A DNA stretch of 64,000 nucleotides from Obrimoposthia wandeli (lineage: Eukaryota). Below, piece by piece: positions 20,794-30,439 of this stretch; position 1 is the stretch's first letter, and every line of letters begins with the position of its first letter. Made by a program: the position numbers and the translations under genes. Below the pieces are notes generated by a model, which was not told the DNA's origin, did not search any database, and was given only the letters and a program-made list of their open reading frames with translations. The stretch is taken from assembly GCA_977020255.1 (NCBI GenBank), contig CDROCS010001089.1, positions 682,001-746,000 of the forward strand, written 5' to 3'.

Positions 20794-21258
20794 TTAAACA
20801 ATATTGGTGGTTACTTGGCCATTAATTGAATTTGCGATAAAGCACTGTTCATGGGAGGCATGATGCATTTTTTGCATTTGCTCAATGCTGACCCTGTCTG
20901 TCTGTATAAACTCTACATGCACATTTAAAACCACCTCTGTGATGCTCATTTTTCCTTGATCATTTAGTTGCATCGTCCCAATCGCGTTATCTTCATATTT
21001 ATTGATCGTCAGTTTTCGTTTCGCTGCTTCGTTTAAAAAAAACAGCATATGGCAACTTGAAATTGAAGCAATAAACGCTTCTTCAGGATCAACGTTTTGT
21101 TCCACTGAATAAGGGAGTGGCACGATATGCGGGGAAGATGATGCATCAATACACATACCGCCATCAAACTGCCAGCGATGCCCGCGTGAGTATTTGTTAT
21201 CAATAAACGTCTCTGACTCTTGTCTTTGCCAAATTACCTGCGCGCTATATTCAGACAT
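20794..21258 (-). CDS. OsmC/Ohr-family protein
   Basis: KYSRGH, DPEEAFIASISSCHML, HEQCFIANS (two conserved Cys). Confidence 0.9.
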   Translation of the reverse strand: MSEYSAQVIWQRQESETFIDNKYSRGHRWQFDGGMCIDASSSPHIVPLPYSVEQNVDPEEAFIASISSCHMLFFLNEAAKRKLTINKYEDNAIGTMQLNDQGKMSITEVVLNVHVEFIQTDRVSIEQMQKMHHASHEQCFIANSINGQVTTNIV

Positions 21259-21362
21259 ACCTACCTACCTCTTAGCTAATGTTGTGGAGCTATTATTACT
21301 TGTGATTCAGCAAACAGGTAGCGATAATATTTCAACACGACATTAAAAAAACTCATAGCTAA

Positions 21363-22292
21363 GTGCGAGCGCATATGAATAATAACTTTTCCTTATCAGC
21401 AATAGCGTCTTTTACCGTGGTTGCTCAAGAACTCAATTTTACCCGCGCCGCAGATGTGCTACATATCACGCCAAGTGCTGTTAGCCACAGAATTAAATTA
21501 TTAGAAAAGCAGCTAGGAGTCGCGCTCTTTATTCGCCAATCACAAGGGGTTAAACTCACTCTGGCGGGCCAAACGTTATTGAAGCATTCAACCCTTGGGA
21601 TGAAAAATATTCAATATGGCATTCAACAAAGCCAGTTCGCAAATAAGGCAGAAAAGCTAAATATTGCTGTTATTCCCTCTTTGAGTCAAACCTGGTTAAT
21701 ACCTCGGCTATCTTCTTTTAAAAAAGCACATCCACAGATAGAAATAGAACTCATCCACAGTGATCAGTTAATCGACTTTTCAAATACGCAGGCAGATTGT
21801 CACTTACATTTTGGCAGTGGCCATTATCAAGGTTTAGAAGCGGTGTTTCTCAGCCATGAAACAGCCTTTGCAGTGTGCCATCCACAGTTGATCGAGGATG
21901 CCTGTTCAAATGATCTGAATGATTTAATACAACACAATGATTTATTACATTACAAAGCAGGCATCGAAGACCAGCCAGGAGGCATAGGTTGGGCGCAGTG
22001 GCTAGAAGAGTTCAGTATTGTTAAGCCAGAAAATTTGCAACACAGCTGGTTTAGCCATGTTGCTATGGTGTTGTGTAGCGCACGATATGCGCAGGGCATA
22101 GCACTAGGGTGGGGTAAAATAGTAGAACAAGATTTAGTAGCAGGTGATTTAGTCAGAGTAGGGAGTAACACAATGCAAACCAAGTACGATTACTTTTTAG
22201 TGGCACCGCCCGCTAATTGGAAAAATCCAGCGGTTATGGTTTTTAAACAATGGCTGGTAACACAAATGCAAAGCACAGCAGTTATAGGGTAG
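21363..22292 (+). CDS. LysR-family regulator (GcvA-like)
   Basis: NFTRAADVLHITPSAVSHRIKLLE HTH; WLIPRL. Confidence 0.93.
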   Translation: MRAHMNNNFSLSAIASFTVVAQELNFTRAADVLHITPSAVSHRIKLLEKQLGVALFIRQSQGVKLTLAGQTLLKHSTLGMKNIQYGIQQSQFANKAEKLNIAVIPSLSQTWLIPRLSSFKKAHPQIEIELIHSDQLIDFSNTQADCHLHFGSGHYQGLEAVFLSHETAFAVCHPQLIEDACSNDLNDLIQHNDLLHYKAGIEDQPGGIGWAQWLEEFSIVKPENLQHSWFSHVAMVLCSARYAQGIALGWGKIVEQDLVAGDLVRVGSNTMQTKYDYFLVAPPANWKNPAVMVFKQWLVTQMQSTAVIG

Positions 22293-22553
22293 CTGCAGCC
22301 GTGTTATAAAGATTCATACTGAACACTTCTACAGCCTGAATTTCAGGCTTTTAAACTCCAGTGTCAAAAAATAAAGTACCATACTAAAAGTGATCTAACT
22401 TAAAAGCTGAGTGTTTCTTGAGTAATAAAATTTAATACTAAACTCTGTAATTTCACAAGATTACTATGCGTTAGAGGTGGCAGGTTTTGGCCCAGACTGT
22501 GTAAAAACGTCTTATAAGATATACTCCAACAGATAGTTCTCTGGGGAGTTGAT

Positions 22554-23531
22554 ATGAAACGCTTTATTGAAGGTGCTAATCGATCACAATGCCTGCTATT
22601 ACCCGAGATATTAGATGATTATATCGCGGAAGATAACCCCGTACGGGTGATTGAAGCTTATATAGAAAAATTAGATCTAGCCGAGCTTGGATTTACAGGA
22701 GTTGAGCCAAAAGATACTGGTAGACCTGCCTATCACCCCTCAACACTGCTAATGATCTACATTTACGGATACCTAAATCGTATTCATTCGAGCCGACGTC
22801 TTGAGCGTGAAACACAACGCAATGTTGAACTCATGTGGCTTACTGGTCGCCTAACCCCTGACTTTAAAACCATTGCTGACTTTCGTAAAAATAACGGTAA
22901 AGCTATCCGTCATGCCTGCCAGAAATTCATTCTTATATGCCGAGAGTTACAGCTTTTTAGCCAGTCCATTATCACCATTGACGGCAGTAAATTTAAAGCA
23001 GTTAACTATCGCGATAAAAACTTTACCCGCGCTAAGATGAAGCGCCGTTTAGAGCAAATTGATAAAAGCCTAGATAAATATATGGATAAATGGGAAGAAA
23101 CTGATCAGGTTGAGTCAGCAGGCATTAACCTCCAAACAGTAAAAATAAAGGACAAAATAGCAGCATTAAATGAGGAGGTGCAGCGGCTGAAAGAGATCGA
23201 AGTTGAGATGCTAGCAGCGCCAGATAAGCAGGTCTCATTAATAGACCCAGACTCCAGATCGATGAAGACACGTGGCCAAGGTATTGTTGGCTACAATGTT
23301 CAGACTGCGGTGGATGCAGAGCATCACTTGATTGTCGCACACGAGGTCACAAATGAAGGTACTGATCGGCGCCAGCTAACGAATATGTCTATCCATTCTA
23401 GAGAGGCGTTAGGTCAGGATAATCTAACGATCATTGCAGATCGAGGCTACTTCAGAAGCGAAGAAATACTAGAGAGCTATGCCGCAGGTTTTAAACCTTT
23501 AGTCCCTAAAACCTATACTTCTAATCACTAG
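22554..23531 (+). pseudogene. IS1182 transposase, N-terminal part
   Basis: GRPAYHP, SSRRLE, PDFKTIADFR, IDGSKF, GYNVQ, ADRGY; ends at the insertion junction. Confidence 0.9.
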
Positions 23532-23678
23532 TGTCCGGTTTAATTTTTGTTGGTCTGTAAATTATTGATTTTACGTTCTAGGTTATAGAGTTGAGGCTGA
23601 TTTTTACTCACTTTACTTGGCTGTTGAACCACAAATCAATAGCTTGCAGGGCTTACATTTTTTAACCGGACACCAGTG
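23526..23678. mobile_element. 153-bp MITE with IS4-type ends
   Basis: CACTAGTGTCCGGTT...AACCGGACACCAGTG; ends match the IS4 at 24793-26074; related copy at 45575-45725. Confidence 0.85.
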
Positions 23679-23936
23679 ACTTCAAGTTAAATATTTGAAT
23701 AACATAGTTGAACAAGATCGCCATTTTATAAAGAAAATAACGAAGCCAATGATGAACTTCAAAGCCTTTCATTCAGCCAGCGCGACATTATCAGGGATAG
23801 AATTGGCTCATATGATTCGAAAGAAGCAGTTCAAAAACACAGATCTCTCGGATTATCATCAATTTTTAGAACTTGTCGCATAATCACGTCTAAGGATTAA
23901 TGTTTTTAGGTTAAATTGAAATTTTGTAACGCAACC
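23679..23936 (+). pseudogene. IS6-family 3' fragment with right IR
   Basis: VKYLNNIVEQDRHFIKK...; ends AAATTTTGTAACGCAACC; similar to the 3' part of the adjacent IS6. Confidence 0.88.
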
Positions 23937-23946
23937 GGGTTAGTGT

Positions 23947-24746
23947 GGTTGTGTCGCAAAGTTTCGTTGATTAATACATAATGCCCGACTTTTCGATGAG
24001 CTCTGCTAAATGATAAACCTCAAAGGTATGCATTACCCGAAGCATATTATCCTTTTTGCTGTATTCTTCTACGTCAGATACGGTGTTTCCTACCGAGATC
24101 TAGAGGACATCATGCAAGAAAGAGGCGTGAATGTCGATCATGCTACGTTGAACTGATGGGGCGTTAAGTATTCACCAGTGATTGTTCAACTTGCTAAGAA
24201 AAAGAGAAAACCAACGTCTCCTTCTTGGAGAATGGATGAAACTTATATTAAGGTAAAAGGCCGCTGGTGTTATTACTATCGAGCGATTGATAAGTTCGGT
24301 GCTACTTTAGATTTCATGCTTTCTACAAATCGTGACGAAGAAGCAGCCACAAGGTTCTTCAAGCAATCCATTGAAAATAATGGGATGCCTGAAAAAGTTG
24401 TCATTGATAAAAGTGGTGCTAACTATGCAGGCTGAATGAATATCAACACTCTGCTATTTTTCTTTGGCGTCACATGCTTTATCGATATATTACGAGTGAA
24501 GTATTTGAACAATATCATTGAGCAAGATCACCGGTTCATCAAGAAAATAACGAAGCCGATGATGAATTTCAAAGCCTTTCATTCTGCCAGTGCGACGTTA
24601 GCTGGGATTGAGTTGGCTCATATGATTAGAAAGAAGCAGTTCAAAAATACAGATCTCTCTGATTATCATCAATTTTTAGAACTCGTTGCATAATCACGTC
24701 TAGAGCTTAGTTTTTTATGCTAAACTTTAAACTTTGCGACACAACC
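23947..24746 (+). mobile_element. IS6-family element, 800 bp, inactivated
   Basis: Perfect IR GGTTGTGTCGCAAAGTTT / AAACTTTGCGACACAACC; transposase 24010-24693 (WRMDETYIKV, IEQDHRFIK) with in-frame TGA at 24154 and 24433. Confidence 0.92.
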
Positions 24747-24792
24747 AGATTTAGAGCTTCTTAGAGTAATGCATCAAATTTTTAATGATTAA

Positions 24793-26074
24793 CACTAGTG
24801 TCCGGTTAAGCATTTAATAAATCATATTGCCTATGTTCCACGCTTTTTTTGTCTAATTTTAGCCGTTCAGAGCAGGGATTTAGAAGCTCCATTATGTCTC
24901 TACGTTCCATCAAATTTGCACCGATTATTAGACAGATCTGATAGAGTGTTTGCTTACTTAAATGGGTTAACTGCGTCAGCTTTAAAAGCAGGTAAGAGAT
25001 GAGTGCTACCAAGACCTGAATCATCACCCCGTTTCTATTTTGGCTGATAAAGCGCTTTATCTTGAGGTTCTGTTTGATCCATTTAAAGAACAGCTCTATT
25101 TCCCAACGCTGTTTATATAATGCAGCGATCTCAACCGCTGAACGCGATAAATCATTGGTGATAAATACGAGCTCTTTTTGATCTTCTTCTCGAACGAAGC
25201 TGACACGGCGTAAATCAATTGGGCAATCCTTCTTTCCTTTGGCACTGCTTAGGCGGATAATTTCATCTGCAACGACCCCCATACCAATAGGAGCCCTTGT
25301 TTTCACCACTTTATAACAAGTGTTTGTCTTCATTCGACCGACAAACCTAGAGTTATCCTGATCCAGAGAATAAAACCAGCTGTAATTATTATATGCTCGA
25401 TCAACAACATAGGTCGTATTTGACATCATCGGTAAATTATTCAATTCTTTAGCATCGTTAGTTTTGGCTTCAGTTAAAGAAAAGTATACAGGGACTGCTG
25501 CAGTAGGGTCATACACGGTATGCAGCTTTATCCCGGCCTTCTTTGAACGAAACGTTGCCCACTTAAACTGATTAAGATTCAAATCAATCGTGGTCGAGTC
25601 AATCAACCTTATCATCTGGCTAGTATCAACTTGAGGAAGTTTTGAACGCACTTTATTGAGCAAATAATAGAACGTTTCACTGAAAATTTCAGTTGGCCGG
25701 TTACCGTTAGCATCCGATAAAGATGAGCGACTGATATGCCTGCTCCCTAAATGATAAAGCTTGGAGCTTTGGCTGTTAAAGGTCGTTTCAATTGCTCTTA
25801 GTGAAGTCTGGCTATTAAGCTGCGCAAAGAGCAGAACAACCAGTTGATCCCAGCATGAAAGAGTACGCGTCCGGTAATCGCCGTCATGTCGATTAACCAC
25901 TTTTTGAAAAGTATGACGGGGAATAAGTTTTAAAAGTTGATTGAAAATGCTATTAGGATGTTTCGCGCTTAACCCCAGGTCTGGGAAATAGCTGTCTAGT
26001 TAACACTATTTTACTGTAATCCCCGTGGTTAAAGCTCTATAGCTTCACATCTTTTTTTAAGCCGGACACTAGTG
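24793..26074 (-). mobile_element. IS4-family insertion sequence
   Basis: IR CACTAGTGTCCGGTTAA / TTAAGCCGGACACTAGTG enclosing a DDE transposase. Confidence 0.9.
24806..25900 (-). CDS. IS4-family DDE transposase
   Basis: LIDST, KLH, VVDRAY, YKQRWEIELFFKWIKQNLKI (YxxRWxIE signature); homologous-looking frame continues upstream to about 25966. Confidence 0.9.
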   Translation of the reverse strand: MVNRHDGDYRTRTLSCWDQLVVLLFAQLNSQTSLRAIETTFNSQSSKLYHLGSRHISRSSLSDANGNRPTEIFSETFYYLLNKVRSKLPQVDTSQMIRLIDSTTIDLNLNQFKWATFRSKKAGIKLHTVYDPTAAVPVYFSLTEAKTNDAKELNNLPMMSNTTYVVDRAYNNYSWFYSLDQDNSRFVGRMKTNTCYKVVKTRAPIGMGVVADEIIRLSSAKGKKDCPIDLRRVSFVREEDQKELVFITNDLSRSAVEIAALYKQRWEIELFFKWIKQNLKIKRFISQNRNGVMIQVLVALISYLLLKLTQLTHLSKQTLYQICLIIGANLMERRDIMELLNPCSERLKLDKKSVEHRQYDLLNA

Positions 26075-26542
26075 ACTTCTAATAATGTTGAACAAGGGCG
26101 TTTCGCGAGAACTGACTTTATTTATATCGCAACAGATAACGAATATCTTTGCCCAGCAGGTGAGCGTTTACGACAAACCGGATCCACTACAAATGACAAT
26201 AAAATTTACCAAAGCTATACCAGTGCTAAATGTAAGAACTGTCACATTAAAACACAGTGTACTACGGGAAAAGAGCGTCGAATAAGACGCTGGGAACATG
26301 GAGAAGTACTTGATGATATGCAGGCAAGGCTGGAACAAGCTCCTGAATCTATGAAAATAAGACGTCAGACTGTAGAGCACCCCTTCGGAACCATTAAGGC
26401 ATGGATGGGGGCCACTCATTTTCTAACGAGAACTTTGGGGAGAGTCAGCACCGAAATGAGCTTGCATATACTGGCATATAATATGAAGCGGGTAATAAAT
26501 ATTGTCGGAATCAACAGATTACTAAACACTATAGCGGCATAG
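26075..26542 (+). pseudogene. IS1182 transposase, C-terminal part
   Basis: Resumes in frame at the duplicated ACTTCTAAT; CPAG, C..C..K..C, RRQTVEHPFGTIK. Confidence 0.9.
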
Positions 26543-26928
26543 GCGCAATAGTGTCTTATAGGGCACAATAAAGCAGCTTGCTGCTGCTCCTTATCAGCTC
26601 GTAGACTGATTTAACTGGATGATGAAGTATGGCAGCCTAAAGCGTAGGAAGGCTTTAGAAGTTGATAAATCCGAGGAAATAGCTCTGATACATAGGATTT
26701 TGTGTTTTTACACAGCCTGGGCCTAAAGCTGCCATTTCTTCTCTTGCCCTCTAAGTTGTTTTCAAGGTGATATCTTTGAATTATTTGCTAAATTTAAGGA
26801 TAAAAACGACACGCTTTCATAGGTATTTGAATGAAAGCGTGCATGTTGATTTAGTAGGGAATTACTTTCCCTTTAAAACTAGTGAATTATCTATTAATCT
26901 AATATAGGGGCGGTAAAGAGAGACCTAA

Positions 26929-27093
26929 ATGGCTCGATATTCAAAAGAACGTAAAGAATCAATCTTGAAGAAGTTACTACCTCCCTTAAATATGACCGTT
27001 TCAGAGGTAGCACACAATGAAGGTATCTCGTCTAAAACCTTGTATCATTGGCGTGATGTACTTAGAAAAGAAGGTCAACCCGTGCCAGGTAAA
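26929..27093 (+). pseudogene. IS3-family OrfA remnant
   Basis: MARYSKERKESILKKLLPPLNMTVSEVA...GIS..TLYHWR HTH; truncated after VPGK, no OrfB. Confidence 0.75.
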
Positions 27094-27157
27094 ACCAGAT
27101 ATTTCAACGGAGTTCTTGATACCCTCTAATTTTCTGATATTTATTTTTAATAAAGTA

Positions 27158-29926
27158 TTAGTGACATCTTTCCGGCTTGCCAATATGATAGCCTTGCACA
27201 TAATCAATACCTATAGAAATGAGAATATCCTGTATTTCTTGATTTTCGACAAATTCCGCAATCGTTTGCATTCCCATAATTTTTGAAACGGTATGAATCG
27301 CTTCAATAATCGCTTTATCCGTTGGTTCTGTTGCAATATTCTTTATTAAACTACCATCTATTTTTAAATAATCTACTGGAAGATCTTTTAAATAGGCAAA
27401 GGATGCAGTGCCGCTACCAAAGTCATCTAAGGCAAATTTCACGTCCAATTTTTTCATTTCGTACATGAAATCTAACACTTGAGAAAGTTGCGAAATAGCG
27501 GCTGTTTCTGTTATTTCAAAGCAGATGTTTTTTGTTTCGATAGGGGACGAAAGAACCAGTTTTTTTATTTTTTTTATGAACTTATCGTTACTTAGAGTCA
27601 TACCAGAAAGATTAATTGACACGAGGGTATCGTTCAGTGGGAAATATTCACTATAGTTGTTGAAAATATTCGTAACTACCCACTCGTCAATCATACCAAT
27701 AACACCATACTTTTCAGCAGCAGGAATGAATAGCGCTGGTGAAATGTTTTTTCCTGATTCATCTTTATAGCGTAACAAAATTTCATAATGTTCGATTGAA
27801 CAGTCTGGATTCAATGGCTGGATTAATTGCTTGGCTAAATAGAATTGATTATTTTCTATAACTTGACTTATGTTAGCAATATAACCTATTTGTAACTCTT
27901 CTGCGTAAAGGTCCTTATTATGAGGGCCTGCAATAAAGACTTTGTTTCTCCCTAACTCTTTTGCTTTGTAACATGATAGATCAGCTTTACTTAGTAATTC
28001 AATGGCATTAAATTCACCTTTCAGAGGGACCATACCGATGCTGACACCTACATTAAAATAACGGCGTCCCCATAAAAATTTAAAATTGTTAACGGTGGTT
28101 ATGATAGATTCACATATGAGCTGTGCTTGTACTTGATTTTTCTCAATGATCAGTAAACCGAATTCGTCACCTCCTAAACGCGCAAGGATATCACTGGATG
28201 CTATCTCAAGGGCGATAATATTCGCAACTTTAGTCAGCATTACATCACCAATTAGATGACCAGCAGTATCATTGACAAGCTTAAATCGATCTAGGTCAAG
28301 AAAACATAAATAACTTTCTTGTTGACTAATTTTAGTTGATTCAACTGTTTCTTCCAAAAAATTATTAAAGCTTCTTCTGTTGAGTAATCCAGTGAGGGGA
28401 TCATAGGTTGCTTGGTAAACGAGCTCCTGCGTTAATTGATGTTCTTGAGTAATTTCTTTGACTATTCCTCTATATCCTGAAAAGGTATGCGTGTCATCAT
28501 AAATAGCATCGCCATTAATTATGATCACTTTAACGCTGTCACTGTTTTGTTTAATTTTAAATACTAGATTGCATATGGGAGCTCTTTCCCTTACCAATTT
28601 TTCATACATACTTTCAGGAAACTCTATAACATACTCTTTTTTATAGATAAAATCGAAACTGTTACCAAGTAAATCATCTGGATTTAGCCCAAATAATAGA
28701 TCTGTTTTTCCAGACATATAGCAAAAGAGTAACTGATTATCCATTTCCCAAAAAATACTAGCGCCTGCGTGCGCGAGATCTTTGTAACGCCGTTCGTTCT
28801 CGGCCAAAATATGTTGCGTATGTATTCCTCTCCTATTGATTTCAATTAACATAATGATGACTAAAATAGTGATTATGAAAGCAATACTAACGAACCAGAC
28901 AAGGGTTTTATTTTGTTGATATAAAGAAACATCATGGTGAATAACGATACTTTTTTCAGGAAGTTTTTTATGACTTATATAACTTTTTTCAATATTCCTC
29001 CAACTAAATATCCATTGGCTCTCAGCAACAGTGATAGGTTTTATATCACTTGCTCTTTCTCCTCCTAAAATTCTTTTCAATAATATAGATGCCTGCTCAG
29101 CGTGTTGAATACCACTGAGTTCATAAGCAGCTACTGCACCACTTTCTAATGTTGTTATCGCTATGGTAAATATTGGGTTCTTAATCCATGAAGAAATTTC
29201 CGCTGTACCCTCATTCCAATTTAGTAGCGCATTGTTGTGCTTAGTGCTGATCAACTGCCCTATCAGTAAGATTGGGCTTTTATTATTAGTAGATTCGAAA
29301 ACGCTCGGGATTTGATCATCTCTTAAATTATCAATGATAATAATTTTAGCTGGCGCATCAGCGTGTTCTACTATCGTTTTTATTTTAGCAACATTAGCTT
29401 CACCTGATGCGGACTTGTCCGTAATTATAATTATCTCGTCTTCACCTGTGATTTTTTTAATATCTAAGACTGCTTGCCCAATATCCCTATTTTCAAATAC
29501 TCCAGTCATATTTGGTGCGTTGATAAGTATTTTATCGACAGTATTTATACCTAGATATACGACAGGAACATCGGGGAAAAAATTCGTTCTATATTCTTTG
29601 ACTAATGACAGGGCTGCGTCGTCAGATACAACAATGGCATTCAAGTTTCCGGTATTATATTTATTTCTAAGGTAGTTTATAAATAAATTTTTGTACGCAT
29701 CATTAATTGGATACCTTTTTGCATCTAAATATTCATGGAAAAGGCGGATATCTTTATTGTTTTTAAATGCATTTTTAAAACCTCCTTTTAGAAATCCTGT
29801 CCAACCGTGTGTGTCATGGTATGAATGAATAAGTAGAACATCCTGGCCAACAGCGGCGTAACTAATAGTAGATAGCCAGAAAAATGAAAGTATTAAACAA
29901 GAACAAATTAGGCTTATTAATTTCAT
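27158..29926 (-). CDS. Membrane-bound diguanylate cyclase/phosphodiesterase (periplasmic sensor, TM, PAS, GGDEF, EAL)
   Basis: Signal/TM N-terminus, SYH...W periplasmic domain, TM near residue 345, YDPLTGLLNRR, RLGGDEF, YEILLR, FEITET, ALDDFGSG, LKIDGS, EFVE, QGY. Confidence 0.92.
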   Translation of the reverse strand: MKLISLICSCLILSFFWLSTISYAAVGQDVLLIHSYHDTHGWTGFLKGGFKNAFKNNKDIRLFHEYLDAKRYPINDAYKNLFINYLRNKYNTGNLNAIVVSDDAALSLVKEYRTNFFPDVPVVYLGINTVDKILINAPNMTGVFENRDIGQAVLDIKKITGEDEIIIITDKSASGEANVAKIKTIVEHADAPAKIIIIDNLRDDQIPSVFESTNNKSPILLIGQLISTKHNNALLNWNEGTAEISSWIKNPIFTIAITTLESGAVAAYELSGIQHAEQASILLKRILGGERASDIKPITVAESQWIFSWRNIEKSYISHKKLPEKSIVIHHDVSLYQQNKTLVWFVSIAFIITILVIIMLIEINRRGIHTQHILAENERRYKDLAHAGASIFWEMDNQLLFCYMSGKTDLLFGLNPDDLLGNSFDFIYKKEYVIEFPESMYEKLVRERAPICNLVFKIKQNSDSVKVIIINGDAIYDDTHTFSGYRGIVKEITQEHQLTQELVYQATYDPLTGLLNRRSFNNFLEETVESTKISQQESYLCFLDLDRFKLVNDTAGHLIGDVMLTKVANIIALEIASSDILARLGGDEFGLLIIEKNQVQAQLICESIITTVNNFKFLWGRRYFNVGVSIGMVPLKGEFNAIELLSKADLSCYKAKELGRNKVFIAGPHNKDLYAEELQIGYIANISQVIENNQFYLAKQLIQPLNPDCSIEHYEILLRYKDESGKNISPALFIPAAEKYGVIGMIDEWVVTNIFNNYSEYFPLNDTLVSINLSGMTLSNDKFIKKIKKLVLSSPIETKNICFEITETAAISQLSQVLDFMYEMKKLDVKFALDDFGSGTASFAYLKDLPVDYLKIDGSLIKNIATEPTDKAIIEAIHTVSKIMGMQTIAEFVENQEIQDILISIGIDYVQGYHIGKPERCH

Positions 29927-30243
29927 AAAAAACTCATGTCATGATAAAAGTAAATTTATTCTTGCATTAAGAAATAATAAAACATTAACTTATATTCCCT
30001 TTTGTTAACAGAGTTCTATAAAATTAAACAGCATTAGTGGTCGCTCGGCTCCGTTAAGGGTAGGCCGGTATTCTGACGGAATTTACCAGATATGGCCCTA
30101 ATTCTTTGTTTTAATTAATAAATGTAGCATAGAAAATGTATGGGCTCTACTTTTCGATAAATACCCCAAATTCTGTCAATATATCAGATCCCTTACTCTC
30201 TACTTATTAGTGCAACACCTAAAGGCAACGTATTATTGATAAA

Positions 30244-30390
30244 TTAGTCATTCCAGAAGGATTGAAATCTTTCCGGCGATTATTGCGTATATTGAACAGT
30301 GTGTTGAATATTTTTGTGCCCTAAGTAATGCTGAATAGCTCGGGTATCATGCCCATCGTTTGCCAACTCATATCCGCAGGCATGTCGTAA
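30244..30390 (-). pseudogene. FimB/FimE-type tyrosine recombinase C-terminal remnant
   Basis: LRHACGYELANDGHDTRAIQHYLGHKNIQHTVQYTQ*SPERFQSFWND*; not in the ORF track. Confidence 0.85.
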
Positions 30391-30439
30391 AGCAATTAAT
30401 AGAAGCAATTAATAGAGCAATTAATAGAGCAATTAATAG
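30391..30439. repeat. Four tandem copies of AGCAATTAATAG merging into the left IR
   Basis: Copies at 30391, 30404, 30416 and 30428. Confidence 0.9.

Larger units (their letters stand above)
22493..26719 (+). mobile_element. IS1182-family element interrupted by a 2549-bp insertion
   Basis: IRs CAGACTGTGTAAAAAC / GTTTTTACACAGCCTG flanked by GGCC on both sides; transposase in two in-frame pieces. Confidence 0.88.

Noticed and set aside
30391-30439. 12-bp tandem repeat as a CRISPR array
   Set aside because: No spacers, repeat too short, no cas genes.
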